Origin: Octopus sinensis
Taxonomy: Eukaryota
Length of the DNA stretch: 8,563 nt
Assembly: GCF_006345805.1 (NCBI RefSeq)
Contig: NW_021828369.1
Coordinates: 1-8,563, forward strand
Direction of reading: 5' to 3'
Positions 6,853 through 8,563 of the stretch are shown here, in pieces. The first letter of the stretch is position 1, and each line of letters begins with the position of its first letter. A model generated the notes under the pieces. That model had not been told where the DNA came from and ran no database searches. It was given only the letters and a program-made list of their open reading frames with translations. Both the position numbers and the translations under genes were made by a program.

Positions 6853-7068
6853 GAAAAAATTAATCCAAACAAGAAGCACAAAAAACACAACAAACGCGGG
6901 AAGTGGAACAAATTAGTATTATTGGACGCTCAGGAAAGAAGAACGAAGGGGGTTTTAACGTTTTCGAGCGGAGCTCTTCGTCGGAAACATAGGAGAAGGA
7001 AAGATCCAGAGAAGGGAAGACAGAGGAAAAAAATCGCCAACGGTACACACGAGGTCACATTTTGAATA
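6853..7068 (-). mobile_element. Penelope-like terminal repeat / retrozyme-like non-autonomous element within (TA)n
   Basis: ~215-bp strongly strand-biased segment bounded by TA runs (6836-6852 and 7071-7132), carrying a hammerhead fold; minimal hammerheads in Penelope-like terminal repeats are established. Confidence 0.65.
6952..6988 (-). ncRNA. Minimal type I hammerhead ribozyme (variant core)
   Basis: Minus strand GUUU-CCGACGA-A-GAGC-UCC-GCUC-GAA-AACGUU-A-AAAC: stem I GUUU/AAAC, core CYGANGA, stem II 4 bp, GAAA, palindromic stem III AACGUU, UUA cleavage triplet. Confidence 0.7.

Positions 7069-7070
<2 letters not shown>

Positions 7071-7132
<62 letters not shown>
7071..7132. repeat. (TA)n microsatellite
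   Basis: Direct reading. Confidence 0.98.
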
Positions 7133-7137
<5 letters not shown>

Positions 7138-7252
7138 AAATTAATTAATGATTAATTAATTAATAATGTTTCCAAGTCATCAGTACGTTAAAAAAAAAAC
7201 CTTTTTAGGTAGATTATGCAAAATATTCTATCATTGTATACATAATTATTAC

Positions 7253-7326
7253 CAGGGGTCAGCTGAGTGCCTCGCCACGTACTGAATTCTAATTCAGTAC
7301 GTGGCCGGCCACTTAGCTGACCCCTG
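7253..7326. mobile_element. 74-bp palindromic MITE, hAT-like
   Basis: 36-bp arms (7253-7288 / 7291-7326) 32/36 complementary, 2-nt centre; CAGGGGTC termini; flanking 8-mers attattac / attataat (6/8) consistent with a decayed 8-bp TSD. Confidence 0.75.
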
Positions 7327-7336
7327 ATTATAATTA

Positions 7337-7383
7337 TGTATATAATTATAGAATATTTATATATATATAATATATATATTATA

Positions 7384-7448
<65 letters not shown>
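7337..7448. repeat. AT-rich / (TA)n microsatellite
   Basis: Direct reading. Confidence 0.97.
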
Positions 7449-7450
<2 letters not shown>

Positions 7451-7551
7451 AACGCACACCGTTCTTACTTGGACATTTCTGTTCAGCATTCAGTTAACTA
7501 AATGACCTGTCAGTGTTTCAAGTAAATTTCGATAACGAAGGGCCATAGCAG

Positions 7552-7868
7552 CTAATGGCTTTTGACGTGCATGTCAGGGAACGGATAGACATAGACATTA
7601 AGACAACTGTGAACTAATATACGTGGATAGTGTTTCATTAAGATTTTGTTTCTTAGTTGTTTCTTCGCTATGAAACTTTTCTTCTTCCATTGGCATTGGT
7701 TGGAAATCTGTACATTCACATGTAAAACCGCTTCAGGAAACGTAACAGAAAAATCCCAGCCAAGAGATTGAGTTTGGCAATTATATAGCAAAGTATTATC
7801 TGCTGCTCTGTAAGAAGGGAAAAAATTCCCATAGTTGAACGGCATTTCTTGCAAAAGAAGATCAATTG
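7552..7868 (-). CDS. Candidate coding exon, unknown product (3' boundary uncertain)
   Basis: Polypyrimidine tract + TAG acceptor at 7871-7869 opens into the 7552..7875 ORF frame (IDLLLQEMPFNYGNFFPSY...); phase matches the upstream candidate exon. No homology verified. Confidence 0.25.
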
Positions 7869-7943
7869 CTACCAAATTGAGAAAGAAAAAAATTTGAACT
7901 TGTTATAAAACAAACAGATCACGTTTTTCCCACGATCGCTCAC

Positions 7944-8010
7944 ATTCCAAATGCGTAGACATTCCATCATCGTCACTATCATCATCAGCACCAGTGATGT
8001 ATGTCAAACC
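7944..8010 (-). CDS. Candidate 67-nt coding exon GLTYITGADDDSDDDGMSTHLE
   Basis: Acceptor gtaattttcttgcag|G, donor AAT|GTGAGC; only one of three frames is open. Confidence 0.28.
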
Positions 8011-8299
8011 CTGCAAGAAAATTACGACAGAGAAAGCTTTAAATATAGCCCTGTCTTCTAGTTTCTCGGATTTAATGTGAAAATATTTCAGGTAAAAAAA
8101 AAATTCAGTTAAATTAACAAGCAAACAAGAAAACTGTTTATTGTGTCTAACTTTGTTTGTTCTCCGTTGTTGCAGCCATGACAGATTTCTCTTTAATTTT
8201 AACACTGCTACTTAAACCGATTAAATTTACATATAATTATATTGTAATTTCATTTATATCTTATTATCGGTCTACTAATTTACTAAGGAGAGTTGAACA

Positions 8300-8530
8300 G
8301 CAGGTCTTCAAAGTAGTACCCCTCCCTCATGGCCCTTAATTTCTTACAATCTAGCGGGGCGGGACGGGGCGCATCCAGGTCATGATTCTTGGATACCCCT
8401 CTGCCGCCACATTCTGTGGTACAGTTCGCTTTGCAGTCAGCACTTTCCCTGGCTGGTCAAGGTACCCCAGATTAAGGTACTGTGGATGCCATAGCCTCCT
8501 CCATCGGAGACACTGGTTCAACGTAGAATG
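8300..8530 (-). mobile_element. GC-richer segment, possible RTE-clade LINE 5' UTR fragment
   Basis: Minus-strand ccgatggaggaggctatggcatccac (8507-8482) resembles the recalled Bov-B/RTE motif GAGAAGGCAATGGCAACCCAC; single-motif evidence only. Confidence 0.3.
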
Positions 8531-8563
8531 AAATATTTCTACTGGCGTTCACAACACACACAC

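Noticed and set aside
7139-7161. Palindrome aattaattaat-g-attaattaatt
   Set aside because: Low-complexity (TTAA)n repeat, inherently self-complementary.
7760-7868. Faint remembered resemblance of ES..L..E...GN...Y...LYNCQT to the N-terminus of gamma-secretase activating protein (GSAP)
   Set aside because: Based on memory of a short gapped pattern with no alignment run; not sufficient to assign a product or symbol.
1-8563. CRISPR arrays, rRNA, bona fide tRNA genes, prokaryotic operons
   Set aside because: No regularly spaced repeat-spacer units, no complete cloverleaf, no rRNA-like sequence; the window is eukaryotic repeat-rich DNA.

Overview
AT-rich, microsatellite-dense eukaryotic DNA with no protein gene I can confidently recognise. 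The SINE families match, from memory and not from a search, those of octopus/coleoid cephalopod genomes. Positions 181-2000 hold six same-orientation copies of one tRNA-derived SINE, interrupted by a second-family SINE with a 14-bp target-site duplication. At 2499-3354 a bipartite SINE has a mariner-derived MITE, still carrying the transposase C-terminal codons, inserted in its internal microsatellite. Between 5444 and 7342 are several fold-back elements: an 82-bp TIR element, an 18-bp hairpin, a ~140-bp palindrome and a 74-bp hAT-like palindrome. The most interesting feature is a ~215-bp (TA)n-embedded element (6853-7068, minus strand) containing a complete minimal type I hammerhead-ribozyme fold (6952-6988) with a U4C core variant and a palindromic stem III, as in Penelope-like terminal repeats/retrozymes. 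Most supplied ORFs are microsatellite artefacts; a few low-confidence spliced-exon candidates are noted.
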